A DNA stretch of 37,174 nt from Macrostomum lignano (taxonomy: Eukaryota), in assembly GCA_002269645.1 (NCBI GenBank), contig NIVC01004716.1:1-37174 (forward strand), written 5' to 3'. The notes under the pieces were generated by a model that worked only from the letters and a program-made list of their open reading frames with translations, was not told the origin of the DNA and ran no database searches. Shown piece by piece: positions 33,695-37,174 of the stretch. Each line of letters starts with the position of its first letter. The stretch's first letter is position 1. The position numbers and the translations under genes were made by a program.

Positions 33695-34357
33695 GTGCAC
33701 CTGTGGACTCAGTCGACGTCTTTAGCAGCCCCACCTTGCACCTACGGGGCTCATTTGTGTCCTTGCTGCCCTACCTTGCACCTCTGGGGCTCATTTGTGT
33801 CTTTAATGCCCCACCTTGCACCTCTGGGGCTCATTTGTGTCTTTACTGCCCCACCTTGCACCTCTGGGGCTCATTTGTGTCTTTACTGCCCCACCTTGCA
33901 CCTCTGGGGCTCATTTGTGTCTTTACTGCCCCATCTTGCACCTGTGCGGCTCATTTGTGTCCTTGCTGCCCCACCTTGCACCTCTGGGGCTCATTTGTAT
34001 CTTTAATGCCCCACCTTGCACCTGTGGGGCTCATTTGTATCTTTAATGCCCCACCTTGCACCTCTGGGGCTCATTTGTATCTTTAATGCCCCACCTTGCA
34101 CCTGTGGGGCTCATTTGTATCTTTAATGCCCCACCTTGCACCTCTGGGGCTCATTTGTATCTTTAATGCCCCACCTTGCACCTGTGGGGCTCATTTGTAT
34201 CTTTAATGCCCCACCTTGCACCTCTGGGGCTCATTTGTATCTTTAATGCCCCACCTTGCACCTGTGGGGCTCATTTGTATCTTTAATGCCCCACCTTGCA
34301 CCTGTGGCGCTCATTTGTGTCTTTAGTAATCCCCTGCATCTGCGAGGCTCATTTGTG
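33695..34357. repeat. 40-bp minisatellite (GCCCCACCTTGCACCTCTGGGGCTCATTTGTGTCTTTAAT), ~16 copies
   Basis: Tandem copies; each contains GCCCCA-n11-TGGGGC. Confidence 0.96.
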
Positions 34358-35604
34358 TGCTAAATGTGTCCTGTACTCTTTTCCTCTTGCTCCACCTGTC
34401 TGCTAGTTAGGGATGCAGGCAAGGTTGTGACAGCAAAGTCCTTGGTTGCGGAGTTGGTGAGCATGCCTGCAGCATTAACAACACGCAACCCCGTTTCCTT
34501 GTCGCGCTCAAAGGAACAGATGCAATTATGTTGTCACAAAGGCCGTCAGTCTCTGCGCATCCTATGTGAGAAGCGGCCTATTCGGCTCGTTTAATTTAAT
34601 CTAAACGCATTAATGATGAGTAGTTGCGTCTGAGTCTGGCGCACTTTATGCGCTTTGTTATTATAATCTAAATATAGTTCTCTTTCTTCAGGGGTCATCT
34701 CTACTGCGTTGTGTCGTGTCGTGGAGTTTTAAACATAGAATCTGGATTATGTTTTTATCCAAAAACTTGAGTACTGCTTGCTTAAAAAGCTTTCCGCTCA
34801 AGACTGTAGAAGGCCTAGAAGTCCTTAGCTCTGCTCCCTGTCCCATCTGAGTCTCTTTAAAAGTAAGGTATTGGGATTTTTACACTCTCGTCTCAGTCAT
34901 CTGCATGCTTCAGTGCAGTTTAAAAAGGCCCTTAAAACTCTTTGATCGCCGGAATGAAAGTTTAGAAGCAGTCTGATGATTTCTCTTCTTTTCAAATTTG
35001 CAACAAGTGTGTTTAGCTCTGCAGCTTTCGGCTGCTGTTGGGGCTGTATTCATATAGTGCTGGTCTGAATCAGAGAGCCTTGCTCTTTGTTCCTATAAGC
35101 AGATTACCCGTCGGTGTGTCTTTGTCTGCGCTATATCATTAATCATTTTTGGCCGCTCCAGTTTTGCACAGTACCAGCTTCTGAAGTCTGTGCTGGTCGG
35201 GCAATGCTGAATATCCAGGAATTTACTTTTTTTATGCTTATCGCCACTGTCTCTGGGACCAGTTGGGCTCGTTTATTGAGCGAGTGTGTACGGCTGCAAC
35301 ACTTTTCGAAGGGTTCTATGCATCTCTCACGCCTCACTCTCATCCCCTCTCTCCCTGGCTATGACTGAAACTCGCTGGGAATTCCTGTTTTTTTTGCGCA
35401 ATTGCCGCCTTGGCACCAAAAAGAAAAAAGGTTAACCGGCTTTAAAATGCTTCATCTATTTTGATGAGGCTCTGCTATTCAACATGCTGCGTAGTTTTGA
35501 TGCAATTTTTTGTGGGGCACTTCTTCCGATACAGATTTGGTGATGTTGCTAAACTGCTGGTTTCAGTTTTTCCCAATTTATCAACACGTCAAAGTGATCT
35601 TCAT

Positions 35605-37174
35605 GGAGGGTAGCGGCTGATCTACAGCCTACAGGGAGGGTAGCGGTTGGTCTACAGCCTACAGGAGGGTAGCGGCTGATATACAGCCTACAGGAGGGTA
35701 GCGGCTGATCTACAGCCTACAGGGAAGTAGCGGCTGATCTACAGCCTACAGGAGGGTAGCGGTAGCAGCTGATCTACAGCCTACAGGAAGGTAGCGGTGA
35801 TCTACAGCCTATAGGGAGGGTAGCAGCTGATCTACAGCCTACAGGGAAGGTAGCGGCTGATCTACAGCCTATAGGGAGGGTAGCGGCTGATCTACAGCCT
35901 ACAGGGAAGGTAGCGGCTGATCTACAGCCTACAGGAGGGTAGCGGTAGCAGCTCATCTACAGCCTACAGGGAGGGTAGCGCTGATCTACAGCCTATAGGG
36001 AGGGTAGCAGCTGATTCTACAGCCTACAGGGAAGGTAGCGGCTGATCTACAGCCTATAGGAGGGTAGCAGCTGATCTACAGCCTACAGGGAGGGTAGCGG
36101 CTGATCTACAGCCTACAGGGAAGGTAGTGGCTGATCTACAGCCTACAGGGAAGGTAGTGGCTGATCTACAGCCTACAGGGAGGGTAGCGGCTGATCTACA
36201 GCCTACAGGGAGGGTAGCGGCTGGTCTACAGCCTACAGGCGAGGGTAGCGGTTGGTCTACAGCCTACAGGGAGGGTAGCGGCTGATCTACAGCCTACAGG
36301 GAAGGTAGTGGCTGATCTACAGCCTACAGGGAGGTTAGCGGCTGATCTACAGCCTACAGGGAGGGTAGCGGCTGATCTACAGCCTACAGGGAGGGTAGCG
36401 GTAGCAGCTGATCTACAGCCTACAGGGAAGGTAGCGGCTGATCTACAGCCTATAGGAGGGTAGCGGCTGATCTACAGCCTACAGGGAAGGTAGCGGCTGA
36501 TCTACAGCCTACAGGAGGGTAGCGGTAGCAGCTGATCTACAGCCTACAGGGAAGGTAGCCGGCTGATCTACAGCCTATAGGAGGGTAGCAGCTGATCTAC
36601 AGCCTACAGGGAAGGTAGCGGCTGATCTACAGCCTATAGGGAGGGTAGCAGCTGATCTACAGCCTACAGGAAAGGTAGCGGCTGATCTACAGCCTACAGG
36701 AAAGGTAGCGGCTGATCTACAGCCTACAGGGAGGGTAGCGGCTGATCTACAGCCTACAGGAAAGGTAGCGGCTGATCTACAGCCTACAGGAGAGGTAGCG
36801 GTTGCGTCTACAGCCTACAGGGAGGGTAGCGGTTGGTCTACAGCCTACAGGGAGGGTAGCGGTTGGTCTACAGCCTACAGGGAGGGTAGCGGCTGATCTA
36901 CAGCCTACAGGGAAGGTAGTGGCTGATCTACAGCCTACAGGGAGGGTAGCGGCTGATCTACAGCCTACAGGGAAGGTAGCGGCTGATCTACAGCCTACAG
37001 GAAGGTAGTGGCTGATCTACAGCCTACAGGGAGGGTAGCGGCTGATCTACAGCCTACAGGGAAGGTAGTGGCTGATCTACAGCCTACAGGGAGGGTAGCG
37101 GCTGATCTACAGCCTACAGGGAGGGGTTGCGGCTGATCTACAGCCTACAGGGAGGGTAGCGGCTGATCTACAGC
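35605..37174. repeat. 30-bp minisatellite (GGGAGGGTAGCGGCTGATCTACAGCCTACA), ~50 copies, running off the window end
   Basis: Tandem copies with small indels. Confidence 0.97.

Overview
Eukaryotic (animal) genomic DNA, not prokaryotic. GC/CpG-rich, Ala/Arg-rich exons alternate with AT-rich spacers, and most introns carry a different minisatellite. This style resembles the flatworm Macrostomum lignano (my inference, not verified). Genes I can support: (1) the last three exons of a + strand class A peptide GPCR of the bombesin/endothelin/CCHamide-receptor type (2123-7293; TM1-TM3 lie upstream of the window); (2) LSM8 with an intronless CDS (- strand, 9317-9607); (3) a 9-exon UBR1/UBR2-type N-recognin E3 ligase (+, 14776-24751, about 1720-1745 aa, with UBR box, ClpS-like region, RING-H2 and conserved C-terminus); (4) the first exon of an unidentified protein starting MGNSQAS (25268-25568); (5) an unidentified ORF at 26945-27942 with a probable -1 frameshift; (6) an intronless signal-peptide/LRR/single-TM gene (-, 29258-30784) whose LRR core is offset by three apparent single-base deletions. 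There are about 17 tandem arrays and a 116-bp MITE with TIRs and an 8-bp TSD. The most unusual feature is a ~5.4-kb block (9.6-15.05 kb) between the divergent LSM8 and UBR genes that is almost devoid of CpG and rich in TAG/CTAG. The CpG depletion extends into UBR exon 1, which has nearly lost Arg, suggesting a localized cytosine-deamination (methylation- or RIP-like) scar. Several frame breaks can be repaired by lengthening short homopolymers and may be long-read assembly errors. No CRISPR, rRNA or tRNA was found.
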